Shown here one piece after another: positions 23,710 to 37,250 of a stretch of DNA of 64,000 nucleotides. This DNA is from Octopus vulgaris (Eukaryota): positions 33,232,001 to 33,296,000 of the forward strand of contig OX597837.1 of NCBI GenBank assembly GCA_951406725.2, given 5' to 3'. Under the pieces are notes generated by a model. The model was not told the DNA's origin and ran no database searches. It was given only the letters and a program-made list of their open reading frames with translations. How positions within the stretch are numbered: position 1 is the stretch's first letter; each line of letters starts with the position of its first letter. A program made the translations under genes and the position numbers.

Positions 23710-26700
23710 CACCACTACATATGGATGTGGCAGAAGGCACTTGCCCAAAGTGCCACACAGTGCGATTTAACCCAGCATGATGCACTTGCAGACTAAACTG
23801 AACCACATGGCCATTGCCAAACTTGTGCCCAGTTAAGCTTCATGTGGTAAAAGCAAAAGCCAAGAATTTTCTCGCAGGAACACAAAGAAGTACTTATTTT
23901 GGGGATGTGAGCTGTGATCCATATTGAACAGACAACCACAGAGAGAGACTGACAGACAGACAGAATGATGATGGATAAACAGGGTTTAGCAAACGATGGA
24001 GATTAAAGCAGCTTTGAAAATAATATTCATTCTGTTAAGAGTACAAGAGGCACCCTAGATCTCCCTCTGTCGCTCACTCATTCACTTGCTCTTCTTTCTC
24101 CATCATCACCACCATTATCACAGTGTAACGTGAGAAATATGGTTGACCAACAAATTAGGGAGATAAGAAAAAAAAAACAGGGGACAATAGAAAAAGGGAA
24201 AAAAAATCTAGATTATTAAACCCTCAAACTTACAAGACTATGATGAGCTTCCTTTGAATATCACAGTAAATGAATGAATGTGGCATTAATATATACACAC
24301 ATATATACACACACATCCAGTATGTCAAAATGAATATCTTTAGATAAGTATTATGTATACACACATCATTATTATTATTATTACCACCACTTCTATTACT
24401 ACTACTGCTGCATAGTTGGTTGCGTGGTTTTACAGGTGTCGTGTGCCACACTGACTGAAGGCCCAGGTGCCACATTTGTGGAGATCCGAGTATTCTTCAT
24501 CTAATATTATTAGGTCCACCTGAACAAACAGGTGACCTGTCAGAGACGGCGGGGGGAAGGGGGGAAGAGAGTAGGAGAGGTCAGCCTGGGGGGGTTAGGA
24601 GAATTAAGGGGACTGGGGCAAAGAAGAAGAATTGGTCTGGATTATGTCAAAATAATGTGAAACACCACTTTGGAAGTGGAGCAAGATGGGGGTTGGATCT
24701 AGAAAATGACAAAAGGAGAGCAAGAGAGAGAGGGAGAGATTACATACATACCTAAGCATTAAAGCATTTGATTGGCAGAATTGTTACAGAATCAAAACAA
24801 CAATACTTTGTGGTATTTCTTACGGATCTTTATGTTCTGAGCTGAAATCACATTGGGGATCAACTTTGCCTTTTATCTTCTTGGGATTAAGAGAAAACAA
24901 GATTCCAATTGAAGGAAGATTAACAAAAGCTATAGGAGAATGGAACCAAACTACTTTAGATGTATTTGTCCACTGGTGCCAAGTTGTTGTACAGGGCTCT
25001 TACCAGTCCTTAGTTGAAGCCCTTAAATATACCAGCTTATATACCCCTGCATCAAACTATTTTCCTTACACCCTCTAATCCCTAAAACTCATACCCTTCC
25101 ATGTTTATTCCCTACAGACATATAAACCAACCAACCAACCAACCAACCAGCAGGGATTTGGGTCAAACCCCTAACTCCTTTCTTAATCTATTTCTGTTCA
25201 AATACAAAGCATTTCATCCTCATTTAACATCCGTTTTTCAATGCTGGCATGGGTTGGACAGTTTGACAGGAGCTGGAAAGTCAGAAGACTACACCAAGCT
25301 CTTGTCTCACCTCTGGCAGGGAGGGCTTTTACAGTTTGATGTCCACTGTTACAGCGTACCAATCAAGCTAGGGGGAGGGTCAATATAACCAACTTACCCC
25401 TTCCCTCAAAACATTCAGGTCTTGTGCCTAGAGTAGAACGAATCATTATAATTATTATTATTATTATTATTATTATTAAGCAATGGACTGACAGACTCAG
25501 AGTATCACAAAAATGCTTTTGAGGAATTTCTTCCAGTGCTGCATTCCAAGTTCGAATCCTTTCAAGAGCAACTTTGCCTCTCCTCCTTTGGGGAATGGGG
25601 GGGGGGGTCAATAAAATAAAATACCAGTTGGCTACTGGGGTCAACGGCATCAACAAACTTCCTTCCTTTCAAAATTGCTGACCTTGTGCCTAAATCAGAA
25701 ATTATTATTATTATTATTATTATTATACCACATTAACAAATTATATGAAAAAGAGAAGTGACAAAATAACAGAGAACCAGTTAAGCATTGGACAAACTAT
25801 CTGGTGGTATTTGGGTGAAACCATCTTGGTAGTGAGTTCAGACTGCAGTGAAGTCAACTTTACTTCCATCATCCTGGGGTCAATAAAATATCAGCTTTAT
25901 TACACTAACCACACCGCTTCCTCCATCCCACCAAATTTTGTAGTCATGTGACCATATCAAACTATTATTATTATTATTATTATTATTGCAAATATACAAA
26001 ATAGCCAGGAGAAAGGAAACAAGTTGTGCTCCTTACACCGGCCAAAAGGTCTTCATTGAAGCAATTCCAACTGGAATTTGAAACCAAAACTTGGATCTTG
26101 CATATCAAAAAATTCTTGCTCTCCATTCGCACCCCCCATCCCCAACAGTCTCTAATTGAGGCACAAGGCCAGCAATTTTGAGGGAAAAGGTGGTGGTTAG
26201 TCAAGACTATTGATCCCAGTGATTTATCAAGTGCACCAGCATGAAAGGCAGGATTTGAACTCAGGACAGAGAAATTCAGAAGAAAAAAAAAGAGGGCAAA
26301 GTATTTTATCCAATACTCAGATCAATGCAATGCCCCTGTAACTGTTTCTAATTTCAAGACAAGGCCAGCAATTCTGAGGATGGTGGAGGGGTAGTTGGTA
26401 CCATTGGCCCTTGTACTAAAAAATTGGGACTTTATTTCACTGATGGTGGAGGATTGAATGGCAAAAACTGACTTCGGCAAGGTTTGAACTCAAAAAACAT
26501 AAGGAGAACAAATACTTGCTGGTTTTTATTAAATCCCATGGCCACAAATTTTAATGGAAGGAGTTTAATCACACAGTTTGAAATGAAATCAGGATTTGAC
26601 AGACACTTCTTTTGTTAATCTCTGACAGGATTTCAACTAAGAATCTCCAGAGTTCTGATGTTCTACCAATAATAATGCTTCTAATATTGGCACAATGCTG

Positions 26701-28072
26701 GCAATTCCTAAGGGAATGGGGGTAAGTTGATTCTATCAACCCCAGTATGCGACTGGTACTTCATCCACCTCAAAAGAATGAAGGTTACAGTTGACCTCCA
26801 TGGGATTTGAACTCGCGACATAAGCAGCTGAATGAAATGCCACCAAATATTTTGTCTGGCACATTATATGATTCTGCCAGCTTGCCACCATTAATGGTTC
26901 CAAATTTAGGCACAAGGCCTGCAATATCAAAGGGCGAAGAGGGGGGAACAGTCAATTATATTGCTCTCAGTGTTCGACTGGTGCCTTATTTTGTTGACCC
27001 CCGAAAGGATGAAAGGCAAAATCAACCTGGACAGGATTTGAACTTGGAATGCAGAGAGCTGGAAGAAATGCTGCTCAGCATTTTGTCCAGCATGAGAACA
27101 ACTCTGCTGCCATCTCACCATCTTTTAATAACAGCTGATGTTGACAAAAACAAAAGGCTAGAAATAGTCTGGTGGGAGAAGCAGACGGGGCAGAAAAGTC
27201 AAGTGGGTTGGCTCAGTGTGTAGCTGGTACTTTATTTTAGTGAAAAATTAAAATATTTACGTGACCCCCCCACCACAGAAAAATGAAAGGCAAAGAGGAG
27301 CCCAGTGGCAGGTGACTGTAGAACAACAACAACAACTAGAACTACAAATGATAAAAGAATGAAGTTAAACCTGAATATTTCAGGAGGAAAACAAAACAAC
27401 TAAAAGAATAAAAAGGAAACATTAAAAAAACAGAGAAAAAGATTTGATGCGGGGGGTGGGGGTGGGGTGAATGGTAAGGTAAGCATTGATGAAGAAAGGG
27501 AAAAAGAGAAAAACAGCTTTCATCTAACAATAGCCATGTCTTGGATAAATCTCATTGGCCAGAGTACCAGGGTATCACATTGACCAGGGTACCATGTTAA
27601 CTAGGGTACCACGGTAACCAGTAAAACATCCAAAGATGAAATGTGTGTGTGTATGTGTATATATACATATGTGTGTGTACGTGTGTGTGTGTATGCATGT
27701 GTGTATGTGTGTGTGTGGAATAAATTCCAAAGGGACCAACATGTAAACCAGTTTCAAATCCAACAAAAAAAATTAAAATATATTTATGGAAAAACTTACT
27801 AAAATATTTTTTTTTTTATAAAAAATAATAAAAAAACAAAACAAAAGCAACAAAATAAACAAGCATTTGAAACCCGCCCCCGCCCATCCACCCCAACCCC
27901 AGTATGGTACAAGTTTTGTACATTTCTTGAATTATTCAAGTCTTTACCTTTTTTCATTTTCTTTCATACATTTGTACAGACAGTTTATGTGTGTGTATAT
28001 ATATATATATGTGTGTGTATGTATTGATATATCTGGGGGTGTATATATATATATATGTGCATGTGTGCATAT

Positions 28073-28117
<45 letters not shown>

Positions 28118-28370
28118 TGCATGTATATACATACATACACACACATTTTATTCTTTTTCCTTCTCGTTATTATATTCTGTCACCCTACAAAATAATCAAC
28201 TGTAATTAATTACTGATAGCAAAAGAGTTGTGTCAGCTGAGAAGATGCCCTTCCGCGATGACCATCACCGAGTGATAGTCCCTTGGAGCATCATCGTCAT
28301 CATCATCATCATCACATTTCCTCAATCCCCCACCCAACCACTACCACTTTCACAACAACAACATCATTCT

Positions 28371-28376
28371 TTTATT
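28371..28376 (-). promoter_or_regulatory. candidate polyadenylation signal for RNF19
   Basis: AATAAA on minus strand about 455 nt after the stop codon, followed by a GU-rich stretch (TGTTGTTGTTGTG). Confidence 0.4.
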
Positions 28377-28482
28377 GTTCGTTTGTTTTGTTTTGTTTTT
28401 TTGTTGTTGTTGCGAGTGAGAGTGTGAGTGTGAGTGTGAGTGTGAGTGAGGTCTGGATATGGAGAATGTCCAAGTACAGGTT

Positions 28483-28521
<39 letters not shown>

Positions 28522-28593
28522 GGAAAATATAGATTTGTGTTGGATTGTGTGTGTGTGTATGTGTATGCACACACACACACACACACATGTAAA

Positions 28594-28625
<32 letters not shown>

Positions 28626-28830
28626 GAGACAAAGTAACAGAGAGAGAGAACATGAGGGAGCATGATTACACATGCAACACACACCATCATCATCATCATC
28701 ATACAAACGTGTGTGTGTGTGTGCATATATATGTATATTTTTTTTTTATATGTAGGTATGTATGTAGACATGTTTGTAAGTGCACCAGTAGAGCCTCATT
28801 TCTCCACATGTCACCAGTTACTGCAACCAG

Positions 28831-29749
28831 TCATTCTAGCTTCGGAGAAAGCCGTCCGTGCTCGAGGGCCAGTTCACAGCTGCGTCTGCGCAGGCAACGG
28901 GAGGGCCCGTCAAAGTCCTGTTCAGCGGCCGCAGCAGTAGGAGTAGTAGTGGGAGGAGGAGTAGTAGTAGTAGTAGTAGGGGGAGGAGAAGCGGTGCCGC
29001 TGGATCCGGCCGGACGACTGCCGCTCCGGCTGGTAGAGGCTCCACTGACGGGGACGACGAGACGCCCGTCAAGGAGGACGGACACCTCTGACCCGTCAGA
29101 CATTGCACAGCAGCTGTTCAGGTTACTGCGGGCATTCATCAGGGATAGAGGCTTGGCAGCGGCCAGCGAGTAGAGTGGGTGCTGCACTCCAACACCACCA
29201 TAGCAGCCGTTACCCCCAACGACGCCGACCCCGTTCTCGACTTCCGTCAGTCCTGGCAAGCTCTTGCCGGTGACAGACGAACAGCAATTCATGTTCTCAT
29301 TTGATGACCCTTTGCACTGGGCATTCACGAGTGGCAGGCTCATTGCATGCTCCTGTGACCGATTACACTTCTTCAGCTCAGCACCACCGCCAACACCGAC
29401 AACATTACCATCACTGCTACCTCCAACACCACCACTGCCGCCAACACCACAAACACTTTCAGTGCTTGGTTTGTCCAGGTCGGTGCTACGACTGTCCAGA
29501 TGTTCGTGGATTTTCTCGTCAATGCTCAGCCTCATTGCTTTTCGATGCTTCATGTAGCCGCATTTCACATCGTCCCCAGAAAAACTGCCACTACGTCCTG
29601 ATACTGGGGACCATTGGATTGGTGAGGCCACCTGGTTGCATTTGATTTCAGCGCCAATGCTGCTGCCACTGTTGTTGCGCCACCTAGTGGACACTGTCTC
29701 AGCTTGGGCTTCCAATGAGGGTGATGTCGCTGATATGCTGTCTTTGTCT
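28831..29749 (-). CDS. RNF19A: RNF19 last coding exon (low-complexity C-terminal tail, stop TGA)
   Basis: ttttttcag|A GAC AAA GAC; 919 bp open to TGA at 28833-28831; phase matches previous exon; motifs SLEAQAE, RWRNNSGSS and LTEVEN echo vertebrate SMEVQVD, KFRHNSGSS and LPEVEN. Confidence 0.88.
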
Positions 29750-29794
29750 CTGAAAAAAGAACCCGCAAAAATACAAACAATTAGAATTATGCTT

Positions 29795-29844
<50 letters not shown>

Positions 29845-30049
29845 TATATACATCCATATATAAAAATAATGAAATTATTGTATACAGTGCTTAGGTGCAC
29901 CACACACAAATGTATAGATATACATAGAATATATTTATATAATTATTGTATTTCAAGATGGCCAATTTTTTTTCTTTTGCCAAACAAACATATGCACTTT
30001 ATATTTGTTCATCTCTCGTTTATTTCTGTTCTTATTTTTATTATTGTAA

Positions 30050-30705
30050 CTCAAGACCTGTTGGGGCAAGTGAAATCGAAATCGAACCAATCCTATGACT
30101 GGCACCCGGCAGTTGCCAGGACCGCCGGACTGACTCCTGTGCAGGTGGCAAGTGAAGAAACACCATTTCGACCTTGTGCTTCAGGAGATCCATTGAGTCA
30201 AGTACACCGACATCAAAATCAATGGAAACTGCAGTTGTGATACCTGAGCCGGTGGCACGTAAAAAGCACCATCCGAATCGTGGCCGATGCCAGCGTCGCC
30301 TTGACTGGCTTCCCGTGCCGGTGGTACGTAAAAAGCACCATCCGAATCGTGGCCGATGCCAGCGTCGCCTCGACTGGCTTCCATGCCAGTGGCACATAAA
30401 AAGCACCATCCGAATCGTGGCCGATGCCAGTGCCGCCTCGACTGGCTTCCCATGCCGGTGGCACGTAAAATGCACCAATCCGACCGTGGCCGATGCCAGC
30501 CTCGCCTGGCACCTGTGCAGGTGGCACGTAAAAAGCACCCACTACACTCACGGAATGGTTGGCGTTAGGAAGGGCATCCAGCTGTAGAAACACTGCCAGA
30601 TCAGACTGGAGCCTGGTGCAGCCTTCTGGCTTCCCAGATCCCCGGTCGAACTGTCCAACCCACGCTAGCATGGAGAACGGACGTTGAACGATGATGATGA
30701 TGATG
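30050..30705 (+). mobile_element. family E RTE 3' UTR with about five 60-bp units (in RNF19 last intron)
   Basis: Repeated GGTGGCACGTAAAAAGCACCATCCGAATCGTGGCCGATGCCAG units, conserved 3' segment, (GAT)n tail. Confidence 0.82.
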
Positions 30706-31097
30706 TCCATTGTCTGGAAATCTTTCTGAAACAGGAACTGAGCCTTTTCTTACAAAATTCCTATTGAAATATATTGTCTTTGTTTCAGTGAATTTTGAAA
30801 ATAATGAAGAATTTAGTAAAGTGACCTCATCGTTATTGATCTGGTGTTTGGAATGCAAATTAACGAGAAATTTTGAAGGAAGCTTTTCATTAAGATCACT
30901 TTAACCCTTTTTTTCCCATATTTCTGTTGAAATCCACTGCCTCTGATTAAATTCAATTTTGAAAATAAGGATCAACTAACGAAATAACTTATCAAGCTAG
31001 TGTCTGGAACATATATTAACATGAAATTATGAAGGAAGGTTTTAATTCAGTCAACATCAAAATAGAAAGTCTCAGACAGTTTGGGATCAACAGGGTT

Positions 31098-31142
<45 letters not shown>

Positions 31143-31556
31143 TGTGTACAGTGCTCAGGTGCACTACAACTCATCTAAAGTGTATATATAATCAGGTGTA
31201 GTTTCGGCGGATTTCGGAAAGCATGAGGGCCTTAAAGGATGCATGTTTCAAAGTTCAGTAACAAAAAGCCAATTTCATACCTCTGTTGCTCAGAGTTTTG
31301 TCTAACTAATTTTTCAGCAACTAAAATTTCATTGAAATACAAAAGACTTAAGTAGGTATTATATAATTAATAAAAAAAAAAAAACTAAGCTACCAAGGTT
31401 TAGAAATCTATTATGCAGAATTTTCAATATTCAGAATGTGACGGCTGACAAAAGTCTCTGGTTTATAAGAGACGGAAATTCATAAAAAGAAAATTTCCTC
31501 TCCACACCCATGCATAAGGGTCTCGATTTTCTTATTTTATTTATATTTCTTTCTAT

Positions 31557-31938
<382 letters not shown>

Positions 31939-32486
31939 AAGCACAGAAGAAACCCATATGTGTAACGATGATTCTCGCAGTATATGAAGTTTCCGTTTAG
32001 AGAGTTGAGGAAGAAACAAGTGAAAGACAGAGCAGGTCGGAACGAAGAGAAGATAACTCTTGCCATCTCTTTTTCAAATATATTTGCTTCATTAGACACA
32101 AGGCCACACAATTTTGCAAAAGAAAAATGCAGACTCTTTCTAGCGTAAAACACTGGCAGCAGGTTTTGACTGGACTTGAATTGCAAACTTAAAGAGGGGA
32201 AGAAAAATTATTAAAAGAATTTCACTGTGGATTTCAACCATTTCTTGCCAAGACCCTAAGAGAAATATCACCCAAAACCAAATACAATTCTGAGGTTTAA
32301 ATGTTGTCAAACTGAGTTATCAGCAATCTGGTGGTTAGTAAAATAAATATTTCATCCAACTCAATGCAATATCAGTTGTTGTATGACCTGAGGCCAGTCC
32401 TGATGGAATGCATTTACAGCATATTGTTGTAGTTTTGCCATGGGTCAGTTCTGATCAAGTAGAGATTTACTGTTGTTTAGTCCAGG

Positions 32487-32813
32487 AGTGAAGGCGTGTG
32501 GCTTAGTGGTTAGGCTATTCAACTCATGAGCGTAAGGTCGTAAGTTCGATTCCCAGCAGCATGTTCTGTCCTTGAGCGAGGCGCTTTATTTCACGTTGTT
32601 CCAGTCCACTCAGTTGCAAAAACAAACGTGCATTGTACCTGTAATTCAAAGGGCCAGCAATGTCACACACTGTGTAATGCTGAATCTCCTTGAGAACTAA
32701 GGGCATGCATGTCTGTGGAGTACTCAGCCACTTGCACGTTAATTTCACAAACAAACTGTTCCACTGATACAATCAACTGGAAACCCTTGTTGTCATAACC
32801 GATGGAGTGCGAA
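32487..32813 (+). mobile_element. SINE with family-D-like head and family-C tail, 11-bp TSD
   Basis: TSD TTTAGTCCAGG at 32476-32486 and 32814-32824. Confidence 0.8.
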
Positions 32814-33293
32814 TTTAGTCCAGGTCAGCCCTGACCAAGTTGACCTTTGTTCGAAGACAATCCAACTGTGAACATCCCATTCGATTTTCAATTGCAGCAT
32901 TACCTAATGTGTACGTTTGTTTGTTTTGGGAAAGATGTTAGGAGGATAATAAATCCTCCTGTGATAAATCCTCCTGTAATACATCGGGTTGAATAATCAC
33001 AGAAATGGTGGTGTGTTTTGTCAGTACAATCATTTGAATTTACATTGACGGACTGTTTGTGGTTATCATATGAGAGAGGAGGAGGGAGAAAGGAGAGAGA
33101 GAGAAAGGTGAGACAGAAAGAATAATAAAACTATGAAGGTAACCTACACTTTTGGATTAAAACTGGTTTATATCATTTCATTTACTTTCTCAGGTGTGCG
33201 TCCAAATTATATAGGATTTCTGTTAATTCATGACAATACGTGCGAGGAAAGAGAGACAAGTAGAGAGAAAGAAAAAACAGGTATATGATTTAC

Positions 33294-33455
33294 CTGTAAC
33301 CTGCAATGGATCCTGCCAAAGTTTTGGTGCTGGCATCATCTCCATATGAGACTGTGGCTGACTTTTCACCGATGCTGAAGTTTGCTGATTCACTGCTTAG
33401 GCTGGTTCTTTCACGTACAGTGGGGTTAATAAAAACATCTGCTTGTACCTCAAGT
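33294..33455 (-). CDS. RNF19A: RNF19 exon: LEVQADV ... ASTKTLAGSI
   Basis: tttttcaag|A CTT GAG ... TAC AG|gtaaat; 162 bp; LEVQADVFINPTVRERTSLSSESANFSIGEKSATVSYGDDASTKTLAGSIAGY. Confidence 0.92.
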
Positions 33456-33539
33456 CTTGAAAAAGAAAAAAAAATATATATATATAGACTTAATTTAATT
33501 AAGCTAATTAAACATAATCAAATCAGCCAGGATCCCTGG

Positions 33540-33860
33540 TCTGGTGGTACGTAAAAAGCACTATCCGACTCGTGGCCCATGCCAGCGCCGCCTCGACTGG
33601 CTTCCGTGCCGGTGGCACGTAAAATACACCTATCCGACCGTGGCCGTTGCCAGCCTCGCCTGGCACCTGTGCAGGTGGCACGTAAAAAGCACCCACTACA
33701 CTCACAGAGTGGTTGGCGTTAGGAAGGGCATCCAGCTGTAGAAACATTGCCAGATAAGACTGGGCCTGGTGCAGCCTTCCGGCTTCACAACCCCAGTTGA
33801 ACCGTCCAACCCATGCTAGCATGGAAAGTGGACGCTAAACGATGATGATGATGATGATGA
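33540..33860 (+). mobile_element. family E RTE 3' end
   Basis: Three repeat units and (GAT)n tail. Confidence 0.8.
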
Positions 33861-34062
33861 AATCACTTCTGGCTTTCAATAAAATAGTGATTCCATTTGA
33901 CTAAAACAAGGTGTCTTAATTTAGAGCCCTTTAAAACAAGAAGTTTGTGTTGTAAGACCAAAGGCAGTTTCAAGCAGATTGGTATAAAAAAGGTTAAGAG
34001 GACAGGGTGTGTTATATAAAAGGAAATTTGGCTGCTATTTCTAGCAGGTTGGTTGGACTGTA

Positions 34063-34468
34063 TAGGGATGAAGTGGAGGGAAAGGATCTAGAGACAAAGG
34101 GACTCACAGAGGAGATGACAGGGGACTAAGACTCTTGGTGATTTGCTGTGCTTCAAAAGATATATCAAGCTAGGTATGGTTACCCTTGCAAACAGGCTCA
34201 TCTTCCTGTAACTCTCTCCAGCTGAGCATCCCTAATCTTGTGGGCTCGTAGGTGCTGGAGCCATGTAAAAAGCACCCGTTCTGGTACCACGTATAAAGCA
34301 CCCAGTACACTCTGTAAAGCGGTTGACATTAAAAAGGGCATCCAGCTATAGAAACCATGCCAAAACAGACAGGGAGCCTGAACAGCCCTTCAGCTGGTCA
34401 GCTCCTGTCAAACCGTCCAACCCATGCTAGCATGGAAAACGGACATATGATGATGATGATGATGATGA
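34063..34468 (+). mobile_element. older family E RTE: decayed ORF2 end plus 3' UTR
   Basis: RDEVEGKDLETKGLTEEMTGD*DSW*FAVLQK, then AAAAGCACC units and (GAT)n tail. Confidence 0.72.
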
Positions 34469-34985
34469 GAGAGGTCAGTGGTTTCAACGACCAACTGAAT
34501 CTGAGGATGAATTCCTCCCATCAGTCTCAAGTGACCTGGAAAGTTACAAAGGTCATAGATGCTGACCTCCCTTCACTGACAATCATCATCCACTTGCCCA
34601 TGTTTGCGTGGGTTGGACAGAACAGGCTGAAGAAGATTTTTAAGAGTCAGATGCCCTTCCTGGTACTAACCTTCACCTGTTTCCAAGTGGAAGATTGGCA
34701 CAAAGGTACACTGCTTGTATAACAGTGACATTTGTTTACGACCATTACGTGAAATCAAGGCAAATCATTTTTATAAATATATGAATATGGTTTCGGGTTC
34801 AGTCCCACTGCGTGGCACTTTGGGTAGGTGTCTTTCGCTATAGCCCCGAGCCGACCGGAGCTTTGTGATTGAATTCGGTAGGTGGAAGTTACTGCCGTGT
34901 GTGTATGTGTGCGTATAGCTGCTCAGTGCCTCTCCGAAAGAGAGAGAGGGATATGAAAAAAAAAAAGATCTCTGAATCTACTTAC

Positions 34986-35214
34986 TTTGTGTGATAGCCA
35001 CCCCCTTCTATGAGGCTCCCATTGAGGCTGGATTCTGTTGTGGCTCTGTGACTAGCTGAATCCCGGTCACATTCGTCTCGTAAAATGCCCATTCGGTCAA
35101 TATGACTACCACTGGCACTTAGACTATTGGTCATTGCAACTGAAGCCTCTCCAATGCTTGGAGCAATGCTGGGATTGGCGACATGACTGATATTTTCGGC
35201 AGTTGTGTTATCAG
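34986..35214 (-). CDS. RNF19A: RNF19 exon: Ser/Gly-rich C-terminal region
   Basis: atttcag|CT GAT ... ACA AA|gtaag; 229 bp; contains NPSIAPSIGEASVAMTNSLSASGSHIDRMGILRD, similar to vertebrate NPSIGEGSVGGLTGSLSASGSHMDRIGAIRD. Confidence 0.92.
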
Positions 35215-35345
35215 CTGAAATAGAATTTAGAGAAAAAAAAAAATTAAATTATTTTATTTCATGATTATAATTTTTGCACACAATAAACTTTGTTATCATC
35301 AAAGTTGAAACATTTTCGAATATTTACATCTACACAATATTTAGA

Positions 35346-35662
35346 CATGCCGGTGGCATGTAAAAAGCACCAATCCGATCGTGGCCGTTTGCCAGCCTCG
35401 ACTGGCACCTGTGCTGGTGGCACATAAAAAGCACCAATCCGATCGTGGCCATTTGCCAGCCTTGCCTGGCACCCGTGCCGGTGGCACATAAAAAGCACCC
35501 ACTACACTCACGGAGTGGTTGGCATTAGGAAGGGCATCCAGCTGTAGAAACACTGCCAGATCAGACTGGAGCCTGGTGCAGCCTTCTGGCTTCCCATATC
35601 CCCAGTCGAACCGTCCAACCCATGCTAGCATGGAGAACGGACGTTAAACGATGATGATGATG
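35346..35662 (+). mobile_element. family E RTE 3' end
   Basis: Three repeat units and (GAT)n tail. Confidence 0.8.
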
Positions 35663-36103
35663 TTGTTTCGTCTTTAACCCTTCAGCATTTAAACCAACCA
35701 TATCCTGCCAAAATATTTACAATCACATCATCGCAACATTGAAGCTACAAGAGAACACCTGATAAATACTAAACAATGTTAATAAGCAATGAATTGGACA
35801 AAGAAAATTATTATTATCAGGTGTGTTTCTCTTAGACAGGTAAATAATTTTAGGCACATCACCTGAAATTTGTAATAATCTATAACAAATGAAGCGTAAT
35901 GAAAGTGACCCCCTTAGTAATAGAGGCACTGTCATGCCTTCGTGTATTTCCGTCAGGTTTATACCTTCGTTAATTTACTTTCACTTCTGACAACCAAAGG
36001 CATGACAGTGCCGTAATAGAAAAGGAAAAAAAAAGAAAATGACTTCTGATGACAAAATGTAACATACAATGAGAAAAATTTTAAATACTTCTTTGTTACT
36101 TAC

Positions 36104-36259
36104 TGGCATAAGGACCATTTGAACCGCCAGTGACTTCATTTTCATCAAATTCAAATCGGACACCAGTGTTAGTTGTAGTAACTCCACAGCCACCACTGCG
36201 ACACAGCGAAATTGGTACGACACCATAGACGTAAGCTAGTAAGATAGGGACTCCAATAC
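36104..36259 (-). CDS. RNF19A: RNF19 exon: TM end and [13 protein letters not shown] motif
   Basis: ctaccag|GT ATT GGA ... GCC A|gtaag; 156 bp; [51 protein letters not shown]. Confidence 0.94.
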
Positions 36260-37095
36260 CTGGTAGAGACAAAAGTCAGAGGGAACGATTAAACCTTCAC
36301 AATCGCAAATTCTAGAAGACTTTGAGTTAAAAAAAAAAGGGGGGGGGGGGCAAGTGAATGGGGGTGTGGGGTAGTAGACAATTGAGATTTTGCCACCAAT
36401 GGTGTGAGGATTGTGGTTGCCTTATTTCGACCATTCTCGTATTTTGTCAATAAAGAAAACAGAGGCAAGCAGAGTTATGTCCCTTGCTCAGGAACACCAC
36501 TTCAGCCATTATTTCATTCACATGTATTCACTCAACCTGGACACGCATATATTGTCTGTGTGTATGTCTGTGTGTATGTGTGAAAGACAGAGAGAGAGAG
36601 AGAGAGAGGCTTAGTGTTGCATTCACGACCGTGAGATTCGGGTTTCGATACCTGGACTGGGCGATGCGTTGTTTGTGAGCAAAGCACTTCATTTCGTGTT
36701 GCTCCTGTTCACGCAGCTGGCAAAAATGAGCGATCAATGTGACAGGTCGGTGTCTCGTCCAGCTGGGGGAATCGACATGATATACATCACCTCCAAAATC
36801 TGGGAAGTCGGTCACGTGAGCCTGTGGCTAGGAAGGACCTTTGATCCCTTTTTGCATATACATAGACACATGCATGATCATTCAGGTGAATGATCACATG
36901 GAGTGACAAACTGAGTAGCAACAGCCTGAATACTCACCTTCTTCCAAACACACACACACATTATATATACACACACACAAACACGTGTGTGTATGTTTAT
37001 ATACATACTGTATATATATATATATATATATATATATGATAGATCGCTAGCCACTACACATTCTTTATTTTCTCTCCTTGTTTCTTTCTGTGTCC

Positions 37096-37131
37096 CTTTC
37101 TGTAGAAGAGCGTATGCTCAAAACGTTAAAG
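37096..37131 (+). ncRNA. decayed minimal hammerhead-like motif, same type as 14154
   Basis: CTTT-CTGTAGA-A-GAGC-GTAT-GCTC-AAAA-CG-TT-AAAG; stem I covaries with the 14154 copy. Confidence 0.5.
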
Positions 37132-37250
37132 ACTTTTTCACTTCCCAAGCATTATACTAATACATCTGTTTGTGGTCTACACCACCTGTCTTCATCTTTT
37201 TTTTTTGTGAATTCTTCCCCTAAACCTCGCTAAGATAAATATTTCAATTA

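Noticed and set aside
28699-28833. Stop-codon readthrough of RNF19 (TGA-CTG followed by 43 open codons)
   Set aside because: The context is not the strong UGA-CUAG motif, the extension runs into microsatellite, and there is no conservation evidence
28283-29173. 296-aa plus-strand ORF
   Set aside because: Made of 3' UTR microsatellites plus the antisense of the RNF19 last exon
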